Shown: positions 1 to 10,134 of the stretch, one piece after another
Layout: every line of letters starts with the position of its first letter
Position numbering within the stretch: the first letter of the stretch is position 1
Source of the DNA: a virus
Length of the DNA stretch: 64,000 bases
Strand: one strand, 5' to 3'
IMG/VR virus record: IMGVR_UViG_3300031857_011362
Span: 60,443 to 124,442 of that record
Program-made: the position numbers and the translations under genes
The notes under the pieces: generated by a model
Databases searched by the model: none
The model's input: only the letters and a program-made list of their open reading frames with translations
Told to the model about the DNA's origin: nothing

Positions 1-1797
1 ATCGCGGCCGCCACTGCCTTCCACAATGAACCCAAAGAAAAAAGATTAAAATATGTTAAAGAATATTATGAATGTGCGTCTGATGGTCATTTTACTCTCG
101 CTACTCCTGTGCTCGCTGGCCTCGGTACTACAACTAAACAGTTCAGCAGTTGTGTGCTTATTAGCAGTGACGATACCCTTGATTCGATATTCGCCTCAGG
201 AGAAATGATGGCAAAGTATGCTAGCAAACGTGCTGGCATTGGATTAGAGTTAGGGCGCATTCGCCCACTAGGAGCCGCCATTCGTAATGGAGAAATCAAA
301 CACACAGGCATGATTCCTTTCTTAAAGAAGTGGTTTGGTGATCTACGTAGTTGCAGTCAAGGTGGTGTTCGCAATGCATCCTGCACAGTTACATTCCCAG
401 TATGGCACTATCAATTTGAAGACCTTATTGTGTTAAAGAACAATCAAGGCACAGAAGAAACACGTGTGCGTCAAATGGATTACTCTGTTGTAGTCAACAA
501 GATGTTCTGGAATCGTTATCGTAACAACGAAAATATTACATTGTTTGATCCACACGAAGTTCCTGATTTGTATGAAGCATATTACAGAGACAGTGAAGAA
601 TTTGAGAAACTGTATAAAAAATATGAACAAGATAAGACAAAGAAAAAGAAGGTACTACCCGCGGTTGAAATATTCAAAAATGGAATACTTAAAGAACGCA
701 CTGATACTGGCAGAATTTATCTTGTCAATATCGACAACGTTATCAATCAGGGCCCGTTCGACACAAAACTTGATCCAATATATCAATCAAACCTATGCCA
801 AGAGATACTTTTACCCACCCGTCCTTTCCAGAGAATTGAAGACGAAAAGGGCAGAATTGCTCTTTGCACTCTTGGTAGCATAAACTGGGGAGCATTCAAA
901 ACCCCACAAGAAATGCGTAAAGCATGTCGTGTATTAGTACGTAGCTTAAGTAATTTGTTAACCTATCAAGACTTTCTATCAATACAAAGTAAACTGGCTA
1001 ACTTAGATTTTGAACCGTTAGGTGTTGGTATTACTAACTTAGCTTACTGGCATGCACGTAAGAGTTTCAAGTATGGTGAAGCAGATGCACTAGCAGAAGT
1101 CAAGCGTTGGATGGAACATCAAGCATACTACCTCACTGAGATGAGCGTAGAACTAGCACAAGAAAAAGGTGCGTGTAAACGCAGTGAACATACGTATTAT
1201 GGCAAGGGAGTATTTCCTTGGGAACGTAGAAATCCCGGAGTCAATGAACTAACAGATTTTACTCCTAGTGCAAATTTAGACTGGGAAGTCTTGCGCCAAA
1301 ATCTATTGAAGTATGGCATTAGAAATGCTACACTAATGGCAGTAGCACCAGTTGAAAGTTCAAGCGTTGTATTGAATAGTACAAATGGTATTGAGATGCC
1401 AATGGAATTGATTAGTGTTAAGGAAAGCAAAGCTGGATCGTTTGTACAAGTAGTACCAGAATACAGACGATTAAAGAATCGATATCAACTAATGTGGGAT
1501 CAAAAAGACTGTGTAGAGTATTTAAAAACTAGTGCAGTATTGGCAGTATACATTGACCAATCACTATCAACAAATACGTTCTATAACCCTGCATTCTTTG
1601 ATCAAGGTAAAGTACCTGGCACATTGATTGCTAAGAACTTGATGCTAGCATATAAGTGGGGAATCAAAACTATATATTATAGTTTGATTAACAAAGTAGG
1701 TAGCAAAGCGTCCCTACAAGAAGAAAATAATATTATTCCTTTTGTAAAGTTAGATGCAATAGAAGATGAAGAATACTGTGAAAGTTGTGTATTATGA
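1..1797 (+). CDS. nrdA: Ribonucleoside-diphosphate reductase class Ia alpha subunit (5'-truncated)
   Basis: Frame open from base 1; FSSC, GGVRNASC, QSNLCQE active-site motifs, PVESSS, KTIYY and C-terminal CESC. Confidence 0.97.
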   Translation: MAAATAFHNEPKEKRLKYVKEYYECASDGHFTLATPVLAGLGTTTKQFSSCVLISSDDTLDSIFASGEMMAKYASKRAGIGLELGRIRPLGAAIRNGEIKHTGMIPFLKKWFGDLRSCSQGGVRNASCTVTFPVWHYQFEDLIVLKNNQGTEETRVRQMDYSVVVNKMFWNRYRNNENITLFDPHEVPDLYEAYYRDSEEFEKLYKKYEQDKTKKKKVLPAVEIFKNGILKERTDTGRIYLVNIDNVINQGPFDTKLDPIYQSNLCQEILLPTRPFQRIEDEKGRIALCTLGSINWGAFKTPQEMRKACRVLVRSLSNLLTYQDFLSIQSKLANLDFEPLGVGITNLAYWHARKSFKYGEADALAEVKRWMEHQAYYLTEMSVELAQEKGACKRSEHTYYGKGVFPWERRNPGVNELTDFTPSANLDWEVLRQNLLKYGIRNATLMAVAPVESSSVVLNSTNGIEMPMELISVKESKAGSFVQVVPEYRRLKNRYQLMWDQKDCVEYLKTSAVLAVYIDQSLSTNTFYNPAFFDQGKVPGTLIAKNLMLAYKWGIKTIYYSLINKVGSKASLQEENNIIPFVKLDAIEDEEYCESCVL

Positions 1798-2894
1798 GTA
1801 AAGAACAATATAATTTAAGTAAGCAAACAAACTACCTCAAGCGTACAATGTTTTTAGACCCAGCCGGTCCTGTAACAGTACAACGTTTTGAAGAAGTTAA
1901 GTACCCTCGCATTGCCAAGTATGAAGAAACAGCACGTGGCTTCTTTTGGGTGCCCGAAGAGATTTCGTTGACTAAAGATAAAATGGATCACAAAGATTCC
2001 AGTGATGCTATCAAGCATATTTTTACTAGCAACCTACTAAGACAAACAGCCTTAGACAGTATTCAAGGTCGTGCACCTAGTCAAGTGTTTAGTCCTGTAA
2101 TCAGTATACCTGAACTTGAAGCACTAGTGGGTAACTGGAGTTTCTTTGAGACTAACATTCACAGTAAGTCATACAGTCATATCATTCGCAATGTATATGG
2201 TGTACCTAAAGAAGAATTCAACAAGATACATGATACAAAAGAGATTATTGACATGGCTGCTAGCATCGGTAGATACTATGAAGCACTACATCAACTTAAT
2301 TGTTTAAAAGAAACAGGTTCTGAAGTATCAGAACGTGAACACATTAAAGCTATTTGGATGGCACTACATGCAAGTTATGCATTAGAAGCATTTAGATTTA
2401 TGGTAAGTTTTGCAACAAGTCTTGCTATGGTAGAGAATCGAATTTACATTGGTAACGGAAACATTATCTCCTTGATCCTGCAAGATGAGTTGCTTCACGC
2501 TGAGTGGACAGCATGGTTGATTAATAACGTGACTAAGGATGATACTAGATTTGCTTCTATTGTAGAAGAATGTCGTGTCGAAGTGTATGCATTGTATATG
2601 GAAGTTATTAAAGAAGAAAAAGAGTGGGCCGAGTATCTATTCAGTAAGGGTGTAGTAATTGGCTTGAATGCAGAGATATTAAAAGACTTTGTAGACTTTA
2701 CTGCATTTACTCGTTTGAAAGAAATTGGTATCAAGTACACGGAAAACTATCCTAAGCATAGTCCTATCCCATGGTTCAACAAGCACGTTAATTTAAATAA
2801 AAAACAGGCCGCGCTCCAGGAGACAGAAAGTACATCCTATGTAATAGGGGTAATGTCAGATACAGTTAATTATGATGAGTTGCCAATTCTATGA
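1794..2894 (+). CDS. nrdB: Ribonucleotide reductase beta subunit
   Basis: [19 protein letters not shown] (radical Tyr), EAFRF, QDELLH di-metal ligands, C-terminal QETE..SY. Confidence 0.97.
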   Translation: MSKEQYNLSKQTNYLKRTMFLDPAGPVTVQRFEEVKYPRIAKYEETARGFFWVPEEISLTKDKMDHKDSSDAIKHIFTSNLLRQTALDSIQGRAPSQVFSPVISIPELEALVGNWSFFETNIHSKSYSHIIRNVYGVPKEEFNKIHDTKEIIDMAASIGRYYEALHQLNCLKETGSEVSEREHIKAIWMALHASYALEAFRFMVSFATSLAMVENRIYIGNGNIISLILQDELLHAEWTAWLINNVTKDDTRFASIVEECRVEVYALYMEVIKEEKEWAEYLFSKGVVIGLNAEILKDFVDFTAFTRLKEIGIKYTENYPKHSPIPWFNKHVNLNKKQAALQETESTSYVIGVMSDTVNYDELPIL

Positions 2895-3430
2895 CGACAA
2901 TTATCAAAATGATACCTCTTCATTGCATTTGAGCCACCTTCTAGCTCACAGTGTGGGCAAGTAGTTTTAAGTTTTGACCCTAATTTTTTGCCCTTCAATA
3001 TATTAGGCAACCCTTTATTCCAAGCAACATATCCTCTAGCCTTAGGACTAGCTAATCTAGCAGCCACAACATTCGCAATGTGCTCTGGTGATTTTTTACG
3101 GCCAGTAAGTTGTTTACTTGCATTGGATTTAAATTCATCGGACCTAATACATCCGGTACCTCCTTCGCCACCGTCTGTCATATTGTGAAGTATCCCGTTA
3201 CCCAAGTCTTTACGACCGTACCATTTGATATAACGTCTTTCTAATGCAAAAGCGCCTAGCTCAGATAGATTTTTCTCTAAAAAAACAATCCTACGTAGAT
3301 CCTTAGGTGTATGTACTCCACCTCTCTTGGTACGATGTGATTGAAATGCTCTGCTATCTTTACCCTTACCAATGTAGTAGGGTTTGCCGTCTTTTCTTAT
3401 ATAGGCGTAGACATAATATGCTAAATACAT
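2870..3430 (-). CDS. GIY-YIG homing endonuclease with basic NUMOD-like tail
   Basis: [28 protein letters not shown]; paralog of 39472..40008. Confidence 0.85.
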   Translation of the reverse strand: MYLAYYVYAYIRKDGKPYYIGKGKDSRAFQSHRTKRGGVHTPKDLRRIVFLEKNLSELGAFALERRYIKWYGRKDLGNGILHNMTDGGEGGTGCIRSDEFKSNASKQLTGRKKSPEHIANVVAARLASPKARGYVAWNKGLPNILKGKKLGSKLKTTCPHCELEGGSNAMKRYHFDNCRHRIGNSS

Positions 3431-3559
3431 TGCTGATTGCTCCCTTAAAGCGTTAGAGTAGTTAGGAACTCCAATTCCGTGAACTACACTAATATTTATG
3501 CCATTATCATTGATAATGATAGGTATATCGTGTATAATATAAAATTATAAAGGAAAAAT

Positions 3560-3790
3560 ATGACAGCAATCATATGGAGTAAGTACCACTGCCCTTATTG
3601 CGACCAAGCAAAGGCATTACTAACTAGTAAGGGTATCCAATTTGAAGAAAAGAAAATTGGTGATGGATACACCAAAGAAGAATTATTAGAAGCTGTACCA
3701 ACAGCCAGAACAGTCCCGCAGATTTTCCTAGACGGAGAATTGATCGGTGGGTTCAATGAACTCAAAACAAAATTAAAAGAAAGCGCATAA
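3560..3790 (+). CDS. Glutaredoxin
   Basis: CPYC, TVPQIF, IGGF motifs; next to nrdAB. Confidence 0.92.
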   Translation: MTAIIWSKYHCPYCDQAKALLTSKGIQFEEKKIGDGYTKEELLEAVPTARTVPQIFLDGELIGGFNELKTKLKESA

Positions 3791-4098
3791 TGCTACAAAT
3801 AGCCCTAGAACCAAATACAGTATATACATTTAAATTAAACAGCGGAGAAGAACTTATTGCTAAAGTAAGATTGTCCGGTGGTGATTGGATTCACATTGAA
3901 GAACCCGTTTCTATTGCACCAATGCAACAGGGTATGCAAATGATCCCTAGCGTGTTTACCGCAGATCCGAAGGCTGAATTCAAGCTAAATACTAATAGTA
4001 TTGCAATAGTTGCAACTACAGATGATAGCTTAAAGATGAAATATTTAGAAGCTACAACAGGTATTAAAGTACCTGACAAGAAAATTGTATTAGGATAA
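3790..4098 (+). CDS. Hypothetical protein (possible Sm-like fold)
   Basis: Coupled ORF; FKL.SGEELIAK start. Confidence 0.6.
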   Translation: MLQIALEPNTVYTFKLNSGEELIAKVRLSGGDWIHIEEPVSIAPMQQGMQMIPSVFTADPKAEFKLNTNSIAIVATTDDSLKMKYLEATTGIKVPDKKIVLG

Positions 4099-4099
4099 T

Positions 4100-4381
4100 A
4101 TGCCAGCATTAAGTCGTGTAGGAGATCAGAATCAGCCCGGTGGAGCAATTGTCCGCGGCGCCGATTCAGTGTATGCGAATGGAATCCGTGTTGGATTACA
4201 TGTTAGCACCATCACTCCTCACGCACCCTGGGGTAGACCACATCCACCACACAAATCAGCAACCACTACCGAAGGTAGTCCTACTGTGTTTGCAGAAGGT
4301 GCACCTGTTCTTAGAGTAGGGTCAGGAAACAGTTGCGGTCATAGTATCGTACAAGGTAGTCCTGATGTATTTGTGCCATGA
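4100..4381 (+). CDS. PAAR-domain spike tip protein (T4 gp5.4-like)
   Basis: SRVGD, VYANG, His residues, VLRVG..SCGH..GSPDVF. Confidence 0.85.
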   Translation: MPALSRVGDQNQPGGAIVRGADSVYANGIRVGLHVSTITPHAPWGRPHPPHKSATTTEGSPTVFAEGAPVLRVGSGNSCGHSIVQGSPDVFVP

Positions 4382-7014
4382 GTTTAACCGGTAAATATTC
4401 TCCCCTTAACTTAAACAGTTTAGGGTCTTTTGTTCAGAACCAAGGCTTACGCATCAACGCAGTTGCACAAAGTCATATGGGAACTAGTAACTCCCTATCT
4501 AATTATGTAATGGGATCTACTACACAAGGTACTGTATTGCGTATGTTGGTGTTGAGTATTAGAGCAGGATTCTTAAACAGTAACCTGACTGTCTATAATA
4601 ATTTAATTTCAATAGGCTCTACTTCTATCCCAGCATTGGGTGACAGCAAACCACCTGAATATACTAGAACAGCATCACTTAATCCTTACCCTAATGCAGT
4701 ACCTTACACAAGTGAGTATACTAGTTTCGGATGGTTACGTATTATACCGTTACAAGCACATTATGAATTTTATATAAACAACGGATCATACACTGATTTC
4801 TTGTTCACGTTTAATATGGCTCATGGATTTATTAGTCAGTCAAACAAAGCGATTGATGCAATGAATGCATCAGATACATACTTAGATGGTGCATATAGCA
4901 ATATGAACGACCTAGTAACTGCTGATTTTTCGGGAGTTACCTTAGCATTGTTCTTTTGGGGGCAAGACTTAATTGCATCCGGTAGAAGTATTGACTTGCA
5001 TAATATCGATAAGTTCGGTAGCCCTGTAGTATTATTAAGAACGTTATTTAAAACTAAGTCACTTACTAAAGCGGTAAATCTAGCATTACTAGCAGCCGGT
5101 TTTTCTTCTGATGAAATAGATTCTCTTGTTGCAGGGGCAGAGCCTAGTACTGACCAGCAGAAAAAACTATATAGCGCATACTGTATTGTTATGGGTATAG
5201 ACCTTGTTGAAGTTATGATAGGTTTGAATTGTCAAACCAAAGGAGTAAGAACACTTGCAGATTTATTAGATCCAAAGTATTTGTTCCCAAATAGTTATGC
5301 TACACTAACGTCACCTACATACAATGGTGTACCGGGCCCTACTAATAGTAAAACTTATTACCTAATATATACTGCCGGCGAAGTAACTTCTTACATAGTA
5401 AACAACTATGGTGAGAGCTTAAAAATAATTTTACCAGAGTCATTAGCTTCTGCGTGTGATGCATTTTCTACGACAATGTTACAAATTAAAAACATCAAGT
5501 CAATGGATATTGAAAGATTTAGTCAAGTAGTACAAAATTTAGAAACAGTATCTGATCTAGGAGTTAATGGTACAAATGTCCCTGCAAATCAACCTATTAG
5601 AAATACCACACTGCCACTTATTGCATTAGGCAATGGCGAAAAAGGTAGATATACTACTTGTGATTTCTTTGGAGCAATGTCAGGTCTCTCGTATGATTGG
5701 CGAATATTAGAAGGGTATATTAAGAGTTTACAAACTGCAAAGTTGTTTAAAATATACAATGAACTGTACTTAGCAATAACTTGGAAACAAGCTACATTCA
5801 ATGTAACTACGGAACAAAGAGCAGTTGAAACAAGTCCTGATTCAGGCGTATACACATGGCAGTATAGAATCAACAGCACTACTATAACTGATTCAGGCGG
5901 CGGTTATGGAAGAAACGGAGCCCCGGGCCCGGGTGGCGATTACACCTTCTCTGATGGTACTCTTGCTAGTTCCGGTGGTGCACTTCTTACTTGTAATCCT
6001 GACACTAATCCTAGTAATGCACCAAGTACATATGGTAGAATAGTAAATTTAAATTTATCATCCATACCCGGATCATGGGTGACTTATGGTACAGGTGGAT
6101 CAACTCCTGCTAATCCCGGAATTCAATATCGTTTACAGGCACCACCTGTAACATATATTAGTTATCCTTATACTGGTGGAACTAACTCTCCTTTTGGTAC
6201 AGCTGGATGGCCTACTATGAACAGTGTGGTTCAATCTTTAATAAATGATGCTAACACTGAGATTGCATCTATTGCAACCAACAATCCTGCATTAATGGTA
6301 ACAGCTAATAACTTATACAATGTATTCGGCAAACACATGAGATTAGAACAGAATGCTAGAAGTCTAGGATTAAGACAAGAAAAATATTTACCTGACCTAG
6401 ATACTACTGTCACTGAGATATATGGATTCATGGAAAGTTTGAATGGCTATGCTACTCAGACAGAAAAATGGGGTCCTGTACAAAACTTAGAAGCCATAAC
6501 TGATACTTCTAAAGTGGGAGGTAACAGTATGATTGGTAGTATGCGTGAAGTACGTAATGCGCATAGACTAGGATTGACCGGAGCTGAACAAGACAATGAG
6601 GTTGGTATTGAGAAATTATCATTGCCTAGAGTCAACGGTTCAATACCAACCACTACCAAAACAGATCCTGTAACAGGTAATACTATTACAGTACCACTAA
6701 TCACTACTAGCCCTCTGATTGGTCTGCCTATCATAACGGGCGGTCCTGGACCAGTTGGTCCACCGTGGGGAGATGTTATAACAGGTTCAAGCAATAATGA
6801 AACAACACCAAATGATTCAGACATTGCTTCACCGTATCCGGTCATTAACCCAAATACAGGTAATCCGAATACATCGCCGTGGACTACATTAGTCCCATCA
6901 TCGATAGATTTAATTAATATTACTGATATCGTAAAACCGTCAATTATTACGCCGTCTCAGGCAATCGATGAAGTTGTGTTATGTAACTGCGATTGCTGGG
7001 ATCATATAATCTAA
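4378..7014 (+). CDS. Large hypothetical protein, probably virion structural
   Basis: 878-aa ORF coupled to PAAR gene; Gly/Thr/Pro/Asn-rich segments. Confidence 0.55.
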   Translation: MSLTGKYSPLNLNSLGSFVQNQGLRINAVAQSHMGTSNSLSNYVMGSTTQGTVLRMLVLSIRAGFLNSNLTVYNNLISIGSTSIPALGDSKPPEYTRTASLNPYPNAVPYTSEYTSFGWLRIIPLQAHYEFYINNGSYTDFLFTFNMAHGFISQSNKAIDAMNASDTYLDGAYSNMNDLVTADFSGVTLALFFWGQDLIASGRSIDLHNIDKFGSPVVLLRTLFKTKSLTKAVNLALLAAGFSSDEIDSLVAGAEPSTDQQKKLYSAYCIVMGIDLVEVMIGLNCQTKGVRTLADLLDPKYLFPNSYATLTSPTYNGVPGPTNSKTYYLIYTAGEVTSYIVNNYGESLKIILPESLASACDAFSTTMLQIKNIKSMDIERFSQVVQNLETVSDLGVNGTNVPANQPIRNTTLPLIALGNGEKGRYTTCDFFGAMSGLSYDWRILEGYIKSLQTAKLFKIYNELYLAITWKQATFNVTTEQRAVETSPDSGVYTWQYRINSTTITDSGGGYGRNGAPGPGGDYTFSDGTLASSGGALLTCNPDTNPSNAPSTYGRIVNLNLSSIPGSWVTYGTGGSTPANPGIQYRLQAPPVTYISYPYTGGTNSPFGTAGWPTMNSVVQSLINDANTEIASIATNNPALMVTANNLYNVFGKHMRLEQNARSLGLRQEKYLPDLDTTVTEIYGFMESLNGYATQTEKWGPVQNLEAITDTSKVGGNSMIGSMREVRNAHRLGLTGAEQDNEVGIEKLSLPRVNGSIPTTTKTDPVTGNTITVPLITTSPLIGLPIITGGPGPVGPPWGDVITGSSNNETTPNDSDIASPYPVINPNTGNPNTSPWTTLVPSSIDLINITDIVKPSIITPSQAIDEVVLCNCDCWDHII

Positions 7015-7075
7015 TCCAAAACAATTGACATTAACCCTTACATAGTGTATTCTATGTATAGAAAAAGGAGTGTAT

Positions 7076-7696
7076 ATGAAAAATATAGCCCTAAATCCCA
7101 CTAAGATATTTGCAATATTATTAGTCGTATTTACACTTATCGTAGTGCTTAGTAACACCAGTATAGAACCAGAACCAGAACCAGAACCAGAAAAAATTGC
7201 AGAAGTTGTAGAAGCCAAACCAGTTGACAACAAACAATTAAAATGTTTAGCTGAAAATATATTCTATGAAGCCCGAGGCGAAAGTATTACTGGAAAGGCA
7301 GCAGTAGCTAGAGTAGTAATGAATAGAGTAAACCACGGTTTTGCTAGTACTCCTTGCAACGTGATATACCAAGTAACAATGGTAACCAAGATTAATGAAG
7401 AAACATTAGATGAATACAAAGTTAGACTTTGCCAGTTTAGTTGGGTATGCGAGAACAGACAAAAAATAAACGTCAACGACCCTAAATATATACAAGCAAT
7501 GGATATTGCATATCAAGTGTTAGCGTATGATGCATACCATGATGTATTACCTAGAAGTGCATTATTCTTTCATAACTTGACCGTTGATCCGTTCTGGCCA
7601 TATAAACAAGTAGCAAGAATAGGTAATCATATTTTTTATAGTAAACAGAAAGTAAAACAAAATGATAAGCAGAAGTCCTCAGAGAGGAACATTTAG
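7076..7696 (+). CDS. SleB/Hydrolase_2-family cell wall hydrolase with N-terminal membrane anchor
   Basis: CLAENIFYEARGES, VA.VVMNRV, CQFSW, IGNHIFY; RBS AAGGAG; hydrophobic N-terminus. Confidence 0.88.
   Translation: MKNIALNPTKIFAILLVVFTLIVVLSNTSIEPEPEPEPEKIAEVVEAKPVDNKQLKCLAENIFYEARGESITGKAAVARVVMNRVNHGFASTPCNVIYQVTMVTKINEETLDEYKVRLCQFSWVCENRQKINVNDPKYIQAMDIAYQVLAYDAYHDVLPRSALFFHNLTVDPFWPYKQVARIGNHIFYSKQKVKQNDKQKSSERNI
7166..7192 (+). repeat. (GAACCA)4 tandem repeat encoding an (EP)n linker
   Basis: Direct reading. Confidence 0.9.
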
Positions 7697-7697
7697 T

Positions 7698-8228
7698 ATG
7701 GAACGTTATGAGAAAAAACTCATAGAAGATCCACAGGATGAAACTGCACGTTCTATGATAGAGTATTTTAAAACTAGTACTCAACATAAACTAGATTTAG
7801 AAGAAACTGATGAGTGGCGCATTGATAATATGGAATATGATTTGCGAACCAGCGAACTTATCATAGAGAAGTGCAATGATAGTATCTATGCGCAACATCT
7901 CTATGCCGCAATGTGCAACAATGAATTTATTAAAAACGATGTGTGGCCTATATTATCAGACAAACGATGGGGTTGTTCATGGAGATACGCTGGTGGAATA
8001 GTTGCTGACATACGACAAGAGGGTGATTATATTGACTGGTACTGTAGCGGCATACGTAACAACGAAGACCTAACTGACGAAGAATATAACCAGCTTAGTA
8101 GAGAAGCACAAGAAAAGTATTTGGAAACTAAAGCCAGTGTAGCCGAAAGCGTAGTGACTGATGAAATACGAAAAGATTTGTTATCAATTGGGTGGCTTGT
8201 AGTAGATTCGGACAACCAAGACTACTAA
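7698..8228 (+). CDS. Hypothetical protein
   Basis: Acidic ORF with SWRYAGG.VAD..EGDY.DWYCSG motif. Confidence 0.65.
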   Translation: MERYEKKLIEDPQDETARSMIEYFKTSTQHKLDLEETDEWRIDNMEYDLRTSELIIEKCNDSIYAQHLYAAMCNNEFIKNDVWPILSDKRWGCSWRYAGGIVADIRQEGDYIDWYCSGIRNNEDLTDEEYNQLSREAQEKYLETKASVAESVVTDEIRKDLLSIGWLVVDSDNQDY

Positions 8229-8239
8229 ATATAGTTATG

Positions 8240-8271
8240 TGTCAACGGAAACGTCCTCTGAGGCGTTATAT
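8240..8271 (+). promoter_or_regulatory. Conserved regulatory motif, copy 1 (TGTCAACGGAAACGTC-N6-GGCGTTATAT)
   Basis: 26 of 32 nt identical to 63385..63416; both copies precede secreted small proteins. Confidence 0.6.
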
Positions 8272-8292
8272 TAGTATGACTAGGAGAATGTT

Positions 8293-8598
8293 ATGAAAAA
8301 ATTTATATTTGCACTATTGTTATTATTGGCTAGCGTTCCCGCTTTTGCTCAACATCATTTTCGCTATCATGGTCACGGACACGGCCATCAGCGTGGTGGA
8401 TGGGGTTTGGGACAAGTTGTTGGTGGTGCTATAGTGGGTGCAGTCATATACGATATCTACAATAGACCTCTCGTAGTTCAACAACCACAAGTAGTTATTC
8501 AACAACAGCCTGTAATACAAAGTCAAAACTGTACGCCGTGGACTGAAACTTATCACTCTGATGGCACTATCACACGTACTAGAACTTGTCAGCAATAA
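8293..8598 (+). CDS. Small secreted His/Gly/Gln-rich protein
   Basis: Signal peptide ending PAFA; HGHGHGH, glycine-zipper-like GGAIVGA; RBS AGGAG. Confidence 0.75.
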   Translation: MKKFIFALLLLLASVPAFAQHHFRYHGHGHGHQRGGWGLGQVVGGAIVGAVIYDIYNRPLVVQQPQVVIQQQPVIQSQNCTPWTETYHSDGTITRTRTCQQ

Positions 8599-8651
8599 AT
8601 ATTTTGGTTACTGTATTTTGCTATAAATTATAGTAACTGAGAGATTTTTTA

Positions 8652-9506
8652 ATGTCAACTGAAGAAGAAATTCAACAAACCATCGATTCAATGAAGGATT
8701 CACTGCTACTTACTGATAGTAGAGTGGGAGTCTTTTTGGTATATAGAAATGATAACACTGTAAGTAAGTCAATTGACATGTACGGTGAATACTGCCAAGC
8801 AGAAATTAACATAATTAAGCAATACTTACCCGATGATACTAGTCAATATATCGATATAGGTACTAACGTTGGATATCATTTAGTAGCGGTGCATAAAGAA
8901 ACAAACTGTAATGCACTGGGATTTGAACCCAATCCTAAGCATTTTGCAGTAGCATCTTACAACAGCAAAGACTACCCTAAAATTCAAATTATCAACGCTG
9001 GCGCTAGTAATAAAAAATCTGAACGTGTTTTAAAAGATTTCGACCCCGAAGTAAAATCTAACTACGGTGATATACATATCACTAATAGTAGCGAAGGCAT
9101 TCCTGTTAGAATGCTTACCTTAGATAATGTAGAACTTGCCCACTGTAACGTTATCAAAATTGACGTAGAAGGGCATGAGTTTGAAGCACTACAAGGATGT
9201 GTTAAGACTATCAGCAAATTCAGACCTGTTATCTTTTATGAAGCAATGGAATGGGATGTTTGGAATAACTGCCAACAGTTTTTAGAAGCTAGAAAATACA
9301 AACAATATTGGGTAGCTTGCAGAACTAAGCCTATTGCAGAAACATTTAAACATAGTGATGAAAACCCATTTGAAGACAGCACCGTAGCTAACATTTTAGC
9401 AGTACCGGCTGAATTAGCACAACCAGACTACTTAGTTGAAGTAGTCCCGGGTGAGGGATTTATGACATGTTTCGAACGCTATAAAAAAATTAAGATACTA
9501 TTTTGA
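8652..9506 (+). CDS. FkbM-family methyltransferase
   Basis: IDIGTNVGY, FEPNP, IKIDVEGHE..L.G..KTI..FRP. Confidence 0.88.
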   Translation: MSTEEEIQQTIDSMKDSLLLTDSRVGVFLVYRNDNTVSKSIDMYGEYCQAEINIIKQYLPDDTSQYIDIGTNVGYHLVAVHKETNCNALGFEPNPKHFAVASYNSKDYPKIQIINAGASNKKSERVLKDFDPEVKSNYGDIHITNSSEGIPVRMLTLDNVELAHCNVIKIDVEGHEFEALQGCVKTISKFRPVIFYEAMEWDVWNNCQQFLEARKYKQYWVACRTKPIAETFKHSDENPFEDSTVANILAVPAELAQPDYLVEVVPGEGFMTCFERYKKIKILF

Positions 9507-9519
9507 TATAGTAACTACC

Positions 9520-10134
9520 ATGCAAATAGACACAGACCATTTACATCATTGGATGAGAGCTATTCGTGGTAGTAAAGATCCTTTAAGAACAATGGATGCG
9601 TTTTGGAACGGTCAAATAAAAAGCAAAGAGTGGTTAATAGATAGTTTAGATTTTGTCATTCGACCCTATATCAATAAAACAGTACTGTCAATAGACATTC
9701 ACGGCGGCTGGGTTGGAGTACTAGCCAGCATGTTGTTTCAAAGTAACCTACACATATCAACTATTCGTAATATAGATATTGACCCTGATTGTCAAGATAT
9801 AGCTCACACTATGAATCAGCTAGAAACTCATGCAGGAAGATTTCGTGCTATTACTGCTGATATGTGTGTAATTAGGTCAGATGCAGATATTGTCATAAAC
9901 ACTAGCTGTGAACATATATCACAAGATGCGTATGAATTATGGTTGTCTGGAATTAGGAACGACAGTTTGATAGTTCTGCAAAGTAATAATTACTCAATAC
10001 CAGAACATGTTCGGATTGCTAATAGCCTGGCAGAATTTAAGAGGCAGGCATGTATAGAAAATATATTATATACCGGTGAACTTGATTTGCCCCTGTATAA
10101 AAGATACATGATTATAGGAAAAAAGTATGTTTAA
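9520..10134 (+). CDS. Class I SAM-dependent methyltransferase-like protein
   Basis: IHGGWVG, IDIDP, DIVINTSCEH. Confidence 0.65.
   Translation: MQIDTDHLHHWMRAIRGSKDPLRTMDAFWNGQIKSKEWLIDSLDFVIRPYINKTVLSIDIHGGWVGVLASMLFQSNLHISTIRNIDIDPDCQDIAHTMNQLETHAGRFRAITADMCVIRSDADIVINTSCEHISQDAYELWLSGIRNDSLIVLQSNNYSIPEHVRIANSLAEFKRQACIENILYTGELDLPLYKRYMIIGKKYV

Noticed and set aside
1-2894. Intron or intein in nrdA/nrdB
   Set aside because: Both frames are continuous with normal motif spacing; the endonuclease is free-standing
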